Position numbers and translations under genes: made by a program | Part shown: one piece after another, positions 44,093-54,695 of the stretch | Layout of the letters: each line of letters opens with the position of its first letter | How positions within the stretch are numbered: position 1 is the stretch's first letter | Assembly: GCA_027023445.1 (NCBI GenBank) | Contig: JALVVK010000126.1 | Coordinates: 4,740 to 68,739 of the forward strand | Length of the DNA stretch: 64,000 nucleotides | Source of the DNA: Deltaproteobacteria bacterium | GTDB lineage: Bacteria; Desulfobacterota; Dissulfuribacteria; Dissulfuribacterales; JALVPX01 | Direction of reading: 5' to 3' | The notes under the pieces: generated by a model | Told to the model about the DNA's origin: nothing | Seen by the model: the letters and a program-made list of their open reading frames with translations, nothing else | Databases searched by the model: none

Positions 44093-45757
44093 TCACCCGG
44101 GATCGTTTTCCGAAGGGTCTTTCTCAAGCCAATCCCCGTAAAGTCTCTTCCTGCATTCAGGACATATGCTATGGCTGAAGACGACATCAGAGTGTGAGCT
44201 GATATACTCCTCAAGCTGATTCCAGTAGCCCTTGTCATCTCGAATCTTCTTACATGATGCGCAGATAGGAAGCATTCCACTCAGGACCTTCACGTCTGAA
44301 AGCGCCTCCTGTAACTCGCGGATCAATTGCTCTCTCTCCTTTTCCGCCATCTTCCGCCCTGTTATGTCCCGGCAGATTCCAACAACCATTTCAGGTTTCT
44401 GCTCAGAATCTCTTGCCGCCACGCTTGCCGTACACCATAATATCAATTCGTCGCCATTTGGCATTCTGAACTGCGTTTCGGACTCGTGCACACCATCGTC
44501 TCTCAGACACCTTGAAGCCATACAGAGCCTACAGGGTTCATTCATGCCATGAAAGGCCTCGTAACACTTTCTGCCCACGAGTTCCTGCCCAAACAGTTCC
44601 CGAGCAACATCATTTGCCCAGGAAATGACATAATTCCTGTCCACCATGAACATGGAATCCGTAATAGATGAAATAATCCCTGAAAGTTTTGCCTCGTTTT
44701 CCCTCAACCTTTCCGCTGAACGGGCCAGTTGCCTGAAATATTTTGCCTCCGCCCTTAATTCGGCCTTTTTCTTGTTACTTCTCAGGAAAAGAAGGCCTCC
44801 GGCCAGGAAAAATAACAATACCACGCCAGAGAGCATCCATGTGTAACGTGCATGTTCCATTATGGGACCCGCCACCTCAGAGTATCCCCGGCAGATACCT
44901 GCTGACCACCGCCTGTTCCCAACGCGCACCGGGGCATAGGCAACAATCCTTTTCCTGCCGTCCTCACCTGGAAGAACCGCCCATCCCTCCCTGCCGGACG
45001 CAATGTCCGCGAGAACCGCCTTCATGGCGGTAAGGCTGCCCCCGCCCTGCCCACTCGGATCAGAAGGGAAAAAAGGCCTGCCGATTCTCTGCCTATCTTT
45101 ATGGCTCAACACAACAGCCTTTGAATCAACAAGCCATGCGCAGGTTTGTCCATCTGGCTCCATTTCCATTAAAAATCTTCGGTAGATGGTATCCATCTGA
45201 ACCATAAAACGTACCAACCCCGCGAACTTTCCCCTGTAAAAAACAGGCCTTGAAAAGGATATCGCGTAATTGCCACGGTCATTAACGAACAGGCCGGACA
45301 CATAGGGCTTATGTGTACGGATAACAACGGATACTCCTGGTTTGTCTGAATGATCTTTGCCAATCTCATCCGGAATAAAAGGATGACGATGCAGCATTAC
45401 TCCGGTGGCATCCAGCAGGGTGACAGCATCGGTATCATGACAAAGAAGTCTAAAAACAGACCTTATCAGGCAATAGGATTTTTTATCCCGCACCTGTCTT
45501 TTCCTGATAAAAATATCATGCTGCACATCCGGATTATCCGACAGGATCTTCAGATAACGCTGGCGATCCTCTATATATTCCTGTATTCTTTTTGCCGTTG
45601 CCCTGGCCGCCGCGAGGAGCTGGTACTGGCTGTTGTAAACAGCGGCCCTTTCATAGGTCTTCTGATTGATATAAGCCAAGTTTAAAGTCAGCGCCACCAT
45701 GGCAACACTGCCAATAACCGCCAGCAAAAATTTCCAGCTCAACTTTTTAAAACACAT
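44093..45757 (-). CDS. Membrane sensor with an extracytoplasmic Cache-like domain, a PAS domain and a C-terminal CxxC...CxxC module
   Basis: I set the start at the ATG at 45757 (MCFKKLSWKFLLAVIG, TM1). A second TM segment is WMLSGVVLLFFLAGGLLFL. It has a PAS block and a coiled coil, and then ends LPICASCKKIRDDKGYWNQLEEYISSHSDVVFSHSICPECRKRLYG. It has no HisKA, HATPase, GGDEF, EAL or HD-GYP motifs. Confidence 0.85.
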   Translation of the reverse strand: MCFKKLSWKFLLAVIGSVAMVALTLNLAYINQKTYERAAVYNSQYQLLAAARATAKRIQEYIEDRQRYLKILSDNPDVQHDIFIRKRQVRDKKSYCLIRSVFRLLCHDTDAVTLLDATGVMLHRHPFIPDEIGKDHSDKPGVSVVIRTHKPYVSGLFVNDRGNYAISFSRPVFYRGKFAGLVRFMVQMDTIYRRFLMEMEPDGQTCAWLVDSKAVVLSHKDRQRIGRPFFPSDPSGQGGGSLTAMKAVLADIASGREGWAVLPGEDGRKRIVAYAPVRVGNRRWSAGICRGYSEVAGPIMEHARYTWMLSGVVLLFFLAGGLLFLRSNKKKAELRAEAKYFRQLARSAERLRENEAKLSGIISSITDSMFMVDRNYVISWANDVARELFGQELVGRKCYEAFHGMNEPCRLCMASRCLRDDGVHESETQFRMPNGDELILWCTASVAARDSEQKPEMVVGICRDITGRKMAEKEREQLIRELQEALSDVKVLSGMLPICASCKKIRDDKGYWNQLEEYISSHSDVVFSHSICPECRKRLYGDWLEKDPSENDPG

Positions 45758-45899
45758 GACATGACATGAAAGACCTGGATGGGGAATATGCGTGGTTGCG
45801 CTAAGGTATAATCCGTGGATTGGCTGAAAGTCAATGCCCTGGGCCACGACCCATGGCCTCTGTTAGCCATGAGCCATGACCTGCCTGTTTTTTCTTATT

Positions 45900-47048
45900 T
45901 CAATTAACCCTGAATCCCTTCAGCAGCTCCTGGAGCCTGACTGAAAGATCGGCCAGCACACCGGACGCCTCCAGATATTTGTGCGCGATGGCAACGGTTT
46001 CCTGAACAACCATCTTCGTGCCATCAGCCTTATTTTTCACATCCTCGACCTTGGTAGCCGCGTCAGACACGTTGGAGCTGATCTCCGACACTGTTGCGGT
46101 CTGTTCCTCAGCCGCGCTGGCTATGGTATTGGCCAGGTCGTTCACCTGGGCCACAATGGTTGTGATCTCCTCCACCGAGCTTACCGCCTCTCTGGTATCG
46201 GCCTGGATGGTCTGAATCATGGTGGTGATTTCCTGGGTGGCATCGGCAGTCTGCCTTGCAAGCTCCTTAACCTCATTTGCCACTACGGCGAACCCCTTCC
46301 CCGCCTCCCCTGCCCTGGCGGCCTCTATGGTCGCGTTAAGGGCAAGAAGGTTCGTCTGTTCAGCAATAGTGTTTATCACCTGGATGATATCGCCAATCTT
46401 GTCTGAACTTTCTCCAAGCCTGTTTATGACCTCATTCGTGTTCTGGGCCTTATCCTGGGCCTCGTTGGTAATCCTGGCGGTCTCGGCCACACTCTGGGCA
46501 ATCTCGTTTGCGGCCGTATCCAGATCCTGCGTGGCATTGGATACAAGCTGAATGTTTTCATTCACCACGTCAGCAGACTCAACCACCGCGTCCACTGTCA
46601 TCTCCATATTGCCTGCCTGTTCGGAAACTTCCTGCCCTGCGGCATGGACCGTGCCTGCCGCGCGTGTCACCTCCTCAGTATCGTGACTGACGTCCCGGAT
46701 CATACGGGCCAGCCTGTCCCCCATCTGGTTTACCGCCTCCACCAGCTGTCCTAACTCTCCAGACGCCTTGACCCGGATACGTGCGGAAAGGTCCCCGTCA
46801 GCCATCTGCCGGGCCGTGGCAATACATTCTTTAAAAGGATAGATAAGGCCAGAGCGCAGGGCCCACCATCCATAAACAAAAAGACAGGCAGAGACAGCCA
46901 GTATTATACCGCCCACCGCATGAAAAGTGGAAGCGCCTGCCCCATCCGCTTTCCAGTAGACAAAAATTCCGGTTAAAAAATTTAAAACAAACAAACCAGC
47001 CATCGGCAACCCCAGGCTTACCTTTACCCCACTGAAATCTGATGCCAT
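45900..47048 (-). CDS. Methyl-accepting chemotaxis protein
   Basis: The ATG at 47048 follows AGGAGG. It has two TM segments with almost no periplasmic domain, then a HAMP domain. The highly conserved MCP signalling hairpin is present ([35 protein letters not shown]). Confidence 0.92.
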   Translation of the reverse strand: MASDFSGVKVSLGLPMAGLFVLNFLTGIFVYWKADGAGASTFHAVGGIILAVSACLFVYGWWALRSGLIYPFKECIATARQMADGDLSARIRVKASGELGQLVEAVNQMGDRLARMIRDVSHDTEEVTRAAGTVHAAGQEVSEQAGNMEMTVDAVVESADVVNENIQLVSNATQDLDTAANEIAQSVAETARITNEAQDKAQNTNEVINRLGESSDKIGDIIQVINTIAEQTNLLALNATIEAARAGEAGKGFAVVANEVKELARQTADATQEITTMIQTIQADTREAVSSVEEITTIVAQVNDLANTIASAAEEQTATVSEISSNVSDAATKVEDVKNKADGTKMVVQETVAIAHKYLEASGVLADLSVRLQELLKGFRVN

Positions 47049-47146
47049 CTTATTCCTCCTTGCAGGCACTTGTCCCTTGAGTTGGTTTTCAGTGGACTTA
47101 TCGGCAGCAGGCTGCACTCGCTTAACCGAAAATGTGACAAGGACAG

Positions 47147-47968
47147 CTAATCCATTTCCTTTTCAATCTGCGTGGTAAGATCATAGGGCCTGTCCATGGC
47201 CTTCCCGCGCCTGTCATACAACCGACCGCCGCGTATTGAGATATCTCCCGTGGCAAAAGATCTTAAGGTGTGAACTATGAGGGACAGCTCCCTTTTTACA
47301 CCCTCCTTCCTGATTGCCTTGAACAGGGGCTGTTCCTCTCCGTACTTTTCCATCACCCCGTCCATGCCCACTTTTGCGGCCTGTTCTCTGAACCCGCTCC
47401 ACAATTCATCCCATCCAGGACCTTTTATGGCAAAGGTGCAACAGGTTACAGCAGGCCCCCTGTCCAGCTCAGGCGTAACCAGGTGCATCATAACCCCTGT
47501 CTCCGAGGCGTTATTCTTCAAAAGCTGCCATATAACCTCCTGCCAGGTGCCTGCCGGACCTCCGGGAGCCGCGGGATGGAGATTAATCACCGCCAGGGTG
47601 GAACAGACCTCTGGACTCACAACCCACATGTAACCCGCGAGCACCACCACGTCCACACGCTGCCCGCTGAGCAGTCCGAGGACCCTGTGATGGTACTCAT
47701 GTCGCCAACTGAGCCGGTCGGCACTGCGGAGTTCCGGTTCAAAACGTGCGGCAGACAGGCTGAAAACAGGGATACCGCAGCTCTCAACCCTTTTTATGAG
47801 CTGATCGCTTGTATCTGATTCTCCAGGCTCCCTTGACGAAAAACAATAGGCAATACCGCCCGGAATGGTTCCGTTTTCAACAGCCCTGTAAACCTCGTTA
47901 AAAAGGTCGATAGCCGCCAGGTCTCTCCCGGTGGTCCACCATCCAAAGGTAAAATCTGTCTTTTTCAT
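47147..47968 (-). CDS. Formyltransferase-family protein (PurN-like fold)
   Basis: The ORF is 273 aa. The sequence [12 protein letters not shown]...[13 protein letters not shown]...ELDRGP resembles the PurN/Fmt N-terminal domain motifs (NxHPS/A, catalytic Asp). The substrate is unknown. Confidence 0.7.
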   Translation of the reverse strand: MKKTDFTFGWWTTGRDLAAIDLFNEVYRAVENGTIPGGIAYCFSSREPGESDTSDQLIKRVESCGIPVFSLSAARFEPELRSADRLSWRHEYHHRVLGLLSGQRVDVVVLAGYMWVVSPEVCSTLAVINLHPAAPGGPAGTWQEVIWQLLKNNASETGVMMHLVTPELDRGPAVTCCTFAIKGPGWDELWSGFREQAAKVGMDGVMEKYGEEQPLFKAIRKEGVKRELSLIVHTLRSFATGDISIRGGRLYDRRGKAMDRPYDLTTQIEKEMD

Positions 47969-48015
47969 CCTTATTCACCGCTAATCATTCAAGATTCAAC
48001 ATTAGATACTCAACA

Positions 48016-50853
48016 TCACCCCTGCCCTGCCGCGCACATTCCCCCGGCATAAGGGCAGTTGGCGCAGTAAGCGGAGTCTGACACATCCTGTTCAAAGGAT
48101 AAATCCGGGTTAAGGATCTCTTCAAGCAGCCCCTTAATCACAGGCGAATAAAATCCGTCCATAAGTTCACCTGCCACCTCCGGACTGTTGAACAGGGGCC
48201 TGGCAAGATCCCTGTATCCACTCTTTCCGGAAAGCCCCTTGAGCGAATAGAGACATGCGGAAAAACTCTCCCATGGATACCGGTCCCAACCCAGGTGATT
48301 CCTTATAAGGAAAAGGTAAACCGGCAGCTGAAGGGAACGGATCTGTTCCTTCAGCTGCCGGCGGTCAATGACCGGCGACATTCCCGGGGCATGACCTGGA
48401 AGCCGGAGATGGGAACCGGTTTTATAATCTATCACGATGACCGATCCATCCGAGTCCCTGTCCACCCTGTCAAGGGTGCCTTGCAGGGTAACCCTGTGAC
48501 CGGATACCGGTCCGAAAGAAAAACGGCACGAAAGCTCCAGCGCGATGGGCCTTCGGCGCGGCTGTTCCCCCTCTATTCTCAGCATGTGCCCTAACCTTAC
48601 CCGGATCACCTCGTACAGCAGCCTGAACCCGCCCTTCAACCCGCTGTTCTGCAGGGTCTTCTCCCTTAAAACATGATCCAGTATGCCAGGCATTTTTTCC
48701 TCGAGATCATTGTAATCCATGTCTTTATTAAGATAAGGGGTGTAAAGCCTGCGCAGGGTCTCGTGGACAACATCCCCCACTAACAGTGCGTCGATCTGTT
48801 CAACAGAATTTCTGCGGGCAGGGTCCAGCCCGAGGACATACCTCAGGTAAAAACGGTACGGACAATGGACATAGGTATCAAGGGATGTCGGGGAAAAACG
48901 CAGGGTCCGCAGATGATTAACGACCTGAACAGACTTGGGTACTTCCTCAGGCCGAGCAATGCGGGGCCTGAGCGAAGATTCCACCTTATCTATGCCCACT
49001 GCCTCCACCCGGCCGGCATGCCTTTCCCTGCGCCATATTATCTCATCCACAAAACGGCTTCTTGATACCTCCTGGCCCTCCACGAATAAAATATGTGCCT
49101 CCTGCGCACCGGAAAGAAGCCTGAACAGGTGCTCGCGGCTTATATCGACGGAGAGGCGCGAATCCGGCAGGCCAAGCCTTTTCCTGAGGCCAGGCGGAAG
49201 CAGCGGCTCCGGGGCGGATTTGGGTGGAAGGATTCCTTCCGCGGCATCCAGGATAACCACTTTCCTGAACCTCAGGCACCTGGTCTCAAGGAAGCCAAGG
49301 ACCTGCGGGCCATCCAGGGGGCTGCCCTGAAACGGAATTCTGACTTGGCGGACAAGATGCCTGAACATGGCAAACAGACCGGACGGGCTTGCGGCCTCTG
49401 AAGCCATGGGCCCTGTAAAAAGACGTTCAAACAGGTCAAGGGCGGTCCCGGCAAATTCGTTTGAAAGGGGGTGCCTGCCAGCGGGTCCTTCCCTGACCAG
49501 AAGAGAAAGAAAATCCATCAGTCCCCGGGCCAGATCACCAACCGTATCCACCTGTTCAAAAGACCTGAACGCCACCCTGTGCACGAGTCTCAGAGTGGCC
49601 ATGGCCGGGGAGGCGGATTCCACAAATTCCCGGGCAATGTCTTCCACCTCTTTCAGGGTCACGAACATGTTGCGACGTTCTTTAATACTCTGGCAAAGGT
49701 AACGGACCAGACCCCGGAAGGGTGTGTTCATGTCATCAACATCATATCTCACGGCCCCCAGGCCTTTTACGTACGGGTGGGTCAAAACCGCCAGGTAATG
49801 CCTCTGGTAGTACCCTTCCTCCCTGCCCTCCTGCGCCTGGAAAACATGGTCCATCAGGTAATACACAGGGGTTCTGGAAAGCGGATAACCCATTGAGATA
49901 TTGAACGGGACAGAGAGATCCTCCAGAATCCAGTCCAGCACGGGCACAAGGGGCTCCGGCCTGGGGAGCACCAGCGCGACATCTTCCGGGGTTCCGGGAC
50001 GGCCCGGCTCATGAAGGGAAAGCAGTATATCCCTTGCCCTCCTCACCTCACTGTGAAGATCATGGGCCTGGTGGAAATAGACAGCCTTGTGAGATGACAG
50101 CCCATCAGGGCGGGACCCGGATTCCTGGCTGACCACAACGGTCCCGTGGCCTGCGCGCAGGGCCCTGATCACACTGAGTTCCGCATTGTTAGGGGCCACA
50201 AAACCACATAAATAAAGGAATCCATCAGGCCTGCACCCCTGCTCCGCAGCCTCGGCCGCGTATCTGTATATCTCGCCCCTGGACCACACACCCTTTTCGG
50301 AGAGCGCCTCTTGCCATGCACGGTACAGATCAGGGAGAGCCGACCATAAACCTCTTGCATGCTCTATGAGCCCGGCGTCCATAAGGGCGGCCTGCACCGC
50401 CTGACCTATACGCGACGCGGGGACAAGCCCCACACCCAGTTCATCCATGACGTTAAGAAGCTGCCCGCCCCAGAAATAGAACCGGTCAAAACCGCTGAAC
50501 ATCGACAGGAGATCCGCTCTGCACTCAAGCACGGATTTCGCTGTCTGATAGAGCAGGTATATGAGCTGCTCCTGTTCAAGCTCAACGCGCCTGCCAGCAG
50601 AAGGCAGCATTTCCGCCAGATACCGCATGAAACTGTCCACATCGAAGATCTCAGGCGGCAGAAAGGGTCTCTGGAGCCTTTCACCAAGTCTTTTTCTCAG
50701 GTAAAGCGCGGGCCTTCTTCCAGGAAAAACCACTTTGAATCCGGAAAAATCTCCGCCATGATCCACCCGGGCAAGCAACGTTTCCGCTATTTCATCCACC
50801 ATGGAGACGTCAGGGGGCAGGATTATGTCCGCTTTCGGGATCAAAAGGTCCAA
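48016..50853 (-). CDS. AddB-like PD-(D/E)XK nuclease subunit with a C-terminal Cys cluster
   Basis: The ORF is 945 aa and overlaps the upstream helicase gene by 13 nt. It has a RecB-type nuclease core (VIDYKTG) flanked by Cys residues (VHCPYRFY ... CANCPYAGGMC), consistent with the AddB Fe-S staple. Confidence 0.8.
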   Translation of the reverse strand: MDLLIPKADIILPPDVSMVDEIAETLLARVDHGGDFSGFKVVFPGRRPALYLRKRLGERLQRPFLPPEIFDVDSFMRYLAEMLPSAGRRVELEQEQLIYLLYQTAKSVLECRADLLSMFSGFDRFYFWGGQLLNVMDELGVGLVPASRIGQAVQAALMDAGLIEHARGLWSALPDLYRAWQEALSEKGVWSRGEIYRYAAEAAEQGCRPDGFLYLCGFVAPNNAELSVIRALRAGHGTVVVSQESGSRPDGLSSHKAVYFHQAHDLHSEVRRARDILLSLHEPGRPGTPEDVALVLPRPEPLVPVLDWILEDLSVPFNISMGYPLSRTPVYYLMDHVFQAQEGREEGYYQRHYLAVLTHPYVKGLGAVRYDVDDMNTPFRGLVRYLCQSIKERRNMFVTLKEVEDIAREFVESASPAMATLRLVHRVAFRSFEQVDTVGDLARGLMDFLSLLVREGPAGRHPLSNEFAGTALDLFERLFTGPMASEAASPSGLFAMFRHLVRQVRIPFQGSPLDGPQVLGFLETRCLRFRKVVILDAAEGILPPKSAPEPLLPPGLRKRLGLPDSRLSVDISREHLFRLLSGAQEAHILFVEGQEVSRSRFVDEIIWRRERHAGRVEAVGIDKVESSLRPRIARPEEVPKSVQVVNHLRTLRFSPTSLDTYVHCPYRFYLRYVLGLDPARRNSVEQIDALLVGDVVHETLRRLYTPYLNKDMDYNDLEEKMPGILDHVLREKTLQNSGLKGGFRLLYEVIRVRLGHMLRIEGEQPRRRPIALELSCRFSFGPVSGHRVTLQGTLDRVDRDSDGSVIVIDYKTGSHLRLPGHAPGMSPVIDRRQLKEQIRSLQLPVYLFLIRNHLGWDRYPWESFSACLYSLKGLSGKSGYRDLARPLFNSPEVAGELMDGFYSPVIKGLLEEILNPDLSFEQDVSDSAYCANCPYAGGMCAAGQG

Positions 50854-53800
50854 ACCATGCCCTCCCGCCCGATGATTTCGCCCCTTTCAAGATATACAAG
50901 AAACCCGTTTACCTTTTTCCCTGGATATATGCCACTCAGTATGTCAAGATAACCCTGCAGCTGAGGCGGATCAGATGCGCTGCGCCTCATGCCTGATTTA
51001 AACTCAAGCACGGTTATGGACGAACCGGACACTACGGCCCTGTCCAGCCTGTGGAGCCCTCCCCTGCTGTCGGCAAGATCTTTTTCCACCCAGATCTCAT
51101 CCCCGTCTTTCACCCAGAAAAAAGGACTCAGGCGCCTGTGGCAGATGGCAGCCGCAATCCTGGGGATCTCCATGTTCAGCCCACCCCGCAGTTGCTCAGG
51201 CAAAAGGCCCTCTATCAACTTCCTGACCGCATACGGATCACAAGGACACTCAAGAGGACGATCAAGCAGCGCAAGTATTCTGTGGATCCTCTCACCCACG
51301 CGCATCGCGTTCCGCCTGTCCGGAGAAAAAAGTGCTTCAATATCCCGTTCCTTTCTCACGAGATTGACCGGCCAGCGCCATCTATACCACGCCCCTCCGG
51401 AGGCTAGGCCTGAAGACGCGCGGGCCGAAAAAGCACCCTGGCGCCTGTCCTGTCCGTTGCCCGACGCCTCTGATGAAGCATCCGGCACCTCACCCAAGAC
51501 GGCAAAATCCGAGTCTCCCATAACATCTTCCAACATGTGCGGGAAAAGGTTTTTCGAATTTCCGCCCTTTTCCGGGACGAGCACGTACAATTCCTCCATC
51601 GCCCTGGTGAGAGCCACGTAAAGCACGTTCAGCTCATCCGTGATGGCCCTGAGTTTCTCCTGACGGTACAGGCTGTTCAATCCGGCGGAAATCTTGCGGC
51701 AGGGCCCGGAAAGGTCAATGATTCTCATCCCCTCTTCCTCCCGCTGAAGAACAGGCCCCAGCCTGTCTGTCACGAGCGCTGCCATGGGGACAAGAACCAC
51801 CGGGGACTCAAGGCCTTTCGCCTTGTGTATGGTCATTATCCGCACGGCATCTATTCCGCCCGAGCCGCCCGCCATGAAAAGCTCAGGCGGTTCCTCGTCC
51901 AGGCGGCCCATATCCCCCCATCCAATGCCTCCCATGGGACCTGATTCGTGAAAAAGCCCAAGCAGATGTTCAAGCGCTCCAATGCTTTCGGGAAACCTGC
52001 GTTGAAGATTCGTGTTCCGGATAAGCCCGCATAAAAGATCATAGGGAGGCAGGTAGCCCACCGCGCGCAGCGGCCCCTCGAAACAATCCCTGAAAAACCC
52101 GGGAAGCTCCTGTCTCAGGGCCTGCAGAAGTCCTGCGCAGGCGCCGTCTCCCTGACTGACCAAGTGATTCTCCACCCATTTAATGGAAGAGATGCCCGGG
52201 CTGTATTTATGCCATGACTCCTCCAGAATCTTTCCCGTGATGACAGAACAAAGACTCGCGCTGTCTCCTGGATCCTCAAGAAACCCGATAAAATTAATGA
52301 GTTCTCTCACCACCGGATCGTAACGGATGTCAAGCTGCCTGTGGCTGCTGGCAGGAATACCGGCGGAAGAAAGAGCGGCCGTGATTCTCTCCACATCCCC
52401 GTTCCTTCTGACCAGGACCGTCACATCCCCGGGACTCCTGCGATCAAGAACCCGAAGCACCTTGTCCACCGTCCAGGCGGCGGCCGCGGCCCTTATATCA
52501 GCCGCATTTTTTAATCCCTTAAGCAGCTCCACGTAAACCATGCCTTCATGCCGCCCGGATCTTTCAGGTGGGACCCTCTGAGACACGTGGGCAAAGGTCT
52601 TGAGCACATCTCCGATCTCGTCATCCGAGACATGGCTGTCATACTCACGCAGCACACGCCTCAGGCTTCTTTCATGGAAAACGGAACCCGTGAAATCAAG
52701 GATGCGGCGGCAACTTCTCCAGTTATACGGGAGCACCACGTTGATCCTTGCTTCAGGCGCCACTGAAGATAACGAACCGGGGACTGTAAAAAACAGCTGC
52801 CGGTCACTGCCCCGCCAACCGTACAGCATCTGCTTTACGTCCCCCACGTAGAACAGGGAGCCTCCCCTTGAAACCGCCTCGGTCACAAGCGGCAGAAGAT
52901 TTTTCCACTGGAGGTCGCTTGTGTCCTGGAATTCATCTATCAGAAAATGCGACAGCCTTTCTCCAAGCCTGAACATCACCTCAGGAACGCCGAAGTCCTC
53001 GAGCAGTCTCCTGGACATAAGGTTAAAATCCTGGAAAAACAGGACCATGGCACGATCTTTCAACACCTTGAGCTGTTCAGACCACAGGGAATACAGCCTG
53101 AGATAAGCCCCGGGACCCTGGTATGCCCTGGCCTCACAGTACCTGAAGGCCAATTTCCTGAGACCGATCCAGAATTTTTTCATCTCCCCGGAGGGGGAAG
53201 GTGATCCCTTCAGCAGAAGGGCAACCAGGTCTTCCTTTTTCCACCAGGACGTACCCAGGGATCTGGCAAGGTCACCCCCTGCGGCGGACTCAAGGGCGAC
53301 GATTGCCTTGGCCTTCATCTGAAGCCCTTCAGATTGCGCCGATTCCAGAAAGTCCCGCGCCCTGGCGGCAAGCTCCCCGGCCAGACGCCGCGCCCTGTTT
53401 ATGTCGTCAATGTCAAAGGATATACCGCCGTAGGTGCCTTCCGTCTCAAAAAAAGACTTGAGCCTGGCAAGCATCCCGTCCACAGGCCACCATGACAGCC
53501 TGTTTTCAAAATGGATGCTGTGATCCAGGGCGTCCTTCAACACACGAAAGATATCCCTGTCCTTTTCTGAGAGTAACAGCAACCGGTCAAATGCCTCCCT
53601 GAGAAACCTGTCACTGTTCTGATCTATGTCCTGCAGCGGGCTTATTCCAAGTTCCTGGGGGGCGGACATGACCAACCGGCGGATAAAGCTGTCAATGGTG
53701 CGGACCTGGAAAAGATCAAAATTCGCCAGAATTTCGTCAATAGCCATGAGCGCCCTGGTCTGGACAGATTCCCTGGAGGCACCGGCCAGGAGTCCGGATA

Positions 53801-54089
53801 ATTGCTCAAGAACCTTCGCATCTCCAAGGGCCACCAATTTCAACTGGTTGAGCACCCTGGAGCCCATCTCCCGGGCGGCCTCGTTGGTAAACGTAATGGC
53901 AAGAAGATTTTCCAGGCTGTTTCGGGGAATTTTTCCGGACAGGATGAATTGAATAAATCTCTGGGCAAGGCAAAAGGTTTTGCCGGAACCGGCAGATGCA
54001 TCCACCCTCAACACATGGGGAAAGGGGAGGTCTCTATCCGCCGGAAGTTTATCCAGGATCAACCCGAGGTCATTGGACGCAGAGGTCAT
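50841..54089 (-). CDS. AddA-like UvrD/Rep-family helicase with a C-terminal nuclease domain
   Basis: I set the start at the ATG at 54089 (MTSASND...). It has the Walker A ASAGSGKTF and helicase motifs (FLIDEFQDTS, VGDVKQMLYGWRGS, TIHKAKGLE, LYVALTRA). The C-terminus has a PD-(D/E)XK-like region (LEFKSG). Confidence 0.88.
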   Translation of the reverse strand: MTSASNDLGLILDKLPADRDLPFPHVLRVDASAGSGKTFCLAQRFIQFILSGKIPRNSLENLLAITFTNEAAREMGSRVLNQLKLVALGDAKVLEQLSGLLAGASRESVQTRALMAIDEILANFDLFQVRTIDSFIRRLVMSAPQELGISPLQDIDQNSDRFLREAFDRLLLLSEKDRDIFRVLKDALDHSIHFENRLSWWPVDGMLARLKSFFETEGTYGGISFDIDDINRARRLAGELAARARDFLESAQSEGLQMKAKAIVALESAAGGDLARSLGTSWWKKEDLVALLLKGSPSPSGEMKKFWIGLRKLAFRYCEARAYQGPGAYLRLYSLWSEQLKVLKDRAMVLFFQDFNLMSRRLLEDFGVPEVMFRLGERLSHFLIDEFQDTSDLQWKNLLPLVTEAVSRGGSLFYVGDVKQMLYGWRGSDRQLFFTVPGSLSSVAPEARINVVLPYNWRSCRRILDFTGSVFHERSLRRVLREYDSHVSDDEIGDVLKTFAHVSQRVPPERSGRHEGMVYVELLKGLKNAADIRAAAAAWTVDKVLRVLDRRSPGDVTVLVRRNGDVERITAALSSAGIPASSHRQLDIRYDPVVRELINFIGFLEDPGDSASLCSVITGKILEESWHKYSPGISSIKWVENHLVSQGDGACAGLLQALRQELPGFFRDCFEGPLRAVGYLPPYDLLCGLIRNTNLQRRFPESIGALEHLLGLFHESGPMGGIGWGDMGRLDEEPPELFMAGGSGGIDAVRIMTIHKAKGLESPVVLVPMAALVTDRLGPVLQREEEGMRIIDLSGPCRKISAGLNSLYRQEKLRAITDELNVLYVALTRAMEELYVLVPEKGGNSKNLFPHMLEDVMGDSDFAVLGEVPDASSEASGNGQDRRQGAFSARASSGLASGGAWYRWRWPVNLVRKERDIEALFSPDRRNAMRVGERIHRILALLDRPLECPCDPYAVRKLIEGLLPEQLRGGLNMEIPRIAAAICHRRLSPFFWVKDGDEIWVEKDLADSRGGLHRLDRAVVSGSSITVLEFKSGMRRSASDPPQLQGYLDILSGIYPGKKVNGFLVYLERGEIIGREGMVWTF

Positions 54090-54441
54090 GAACGGCTCTG
54101 AACAACTGGCCCGCACGGGAAAAAAGGGCCTCGGCCTCGGCCCTTGAGCGCACAGTGGAACCGGATTTGGCTTCAAGAAGGGCCGCAGGAAGCTCCCGGA
54201 CATCCACCGGGTTATCGGCCAGATCTTCAATTATTCTTTTAAGGTCGTTATGGTCCGGGGATTCCGAAAGAGGGGCACGCAAAGGCACCGCTGCAACCAG
54301 CGCCTTAATGAGGGCTGATACCGCGTCTGAACAACGGCCTGCCGCCAACTCAGGATGATCTTCCTGCAGAGCGGCCTCGGCCTCCTGGAGATTGATTCTC
54401 GCATACTTTAAAAAGGTATGGGTTCGGATCATTGTGGCCAT
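54070..54441 (-). CDS. HEPN-domain-like small protein
   Basis: The ORF is 123 aa and all-helical. The pattern LQEAEAAL...AAGRCSDAVSALIKALVAA...DHNDLKRIIEDL...SRAEAEALFSRAGQLFRAV resembles the HEPN four-helix layout. The assignment is from memory only. Confidence 0.55.
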   Translation of the reverse strand: MATMIRTHTFLKYARINLQEAEAALQEDHPELAAGRCSDAVSALIKALVAAVPLRAPLSESPDHNDLKRIIEDLADNPVDVRELPAALLEAKSGSTVRSRAEAEALFSRAGQLFRAVHDLCVQ

Positions 54442-54456
54442 AGCAGCAAACGAAAA

Positions 54457-54687
54457 TTACTCACCCTTTAAGGAAACAGAGACGGGGTCCCTGTCCATAG
54501 TGCCGCTCATCTGTTTGTACAATCTGCGCGTAAGCACCTCATCCGCTATTTCACAGAGCTCAAAGAGGGATTCCACCAGGTCCAGCATCTCTGCCTGACC
54601 GTCAGGGGTACGGAAACCAAAGTCATCATCCCACCTGCCGCTCTGCAAATATTCCTTGAATTCCGATATATCCTTTGCGGTAAGCAT
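54457..54687 (-). CDS. Hypothetical 76-aa acidic protein
   Basis: The ORF sits 8 nt after ftsB and 15 nt before the HEPN-like gene on the same strand. I recognise no family. Confidence 0.45.
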   Translation of the reverse strand: MLTAKDISEFKEYLQSGRWDDDFGFRTPDGQAEMLDLVESLFELCEIADEVLTRRLYKQMSGTMDRDPVSVSLKGE

Positions 54688-54695
54688 CTGAAAGA

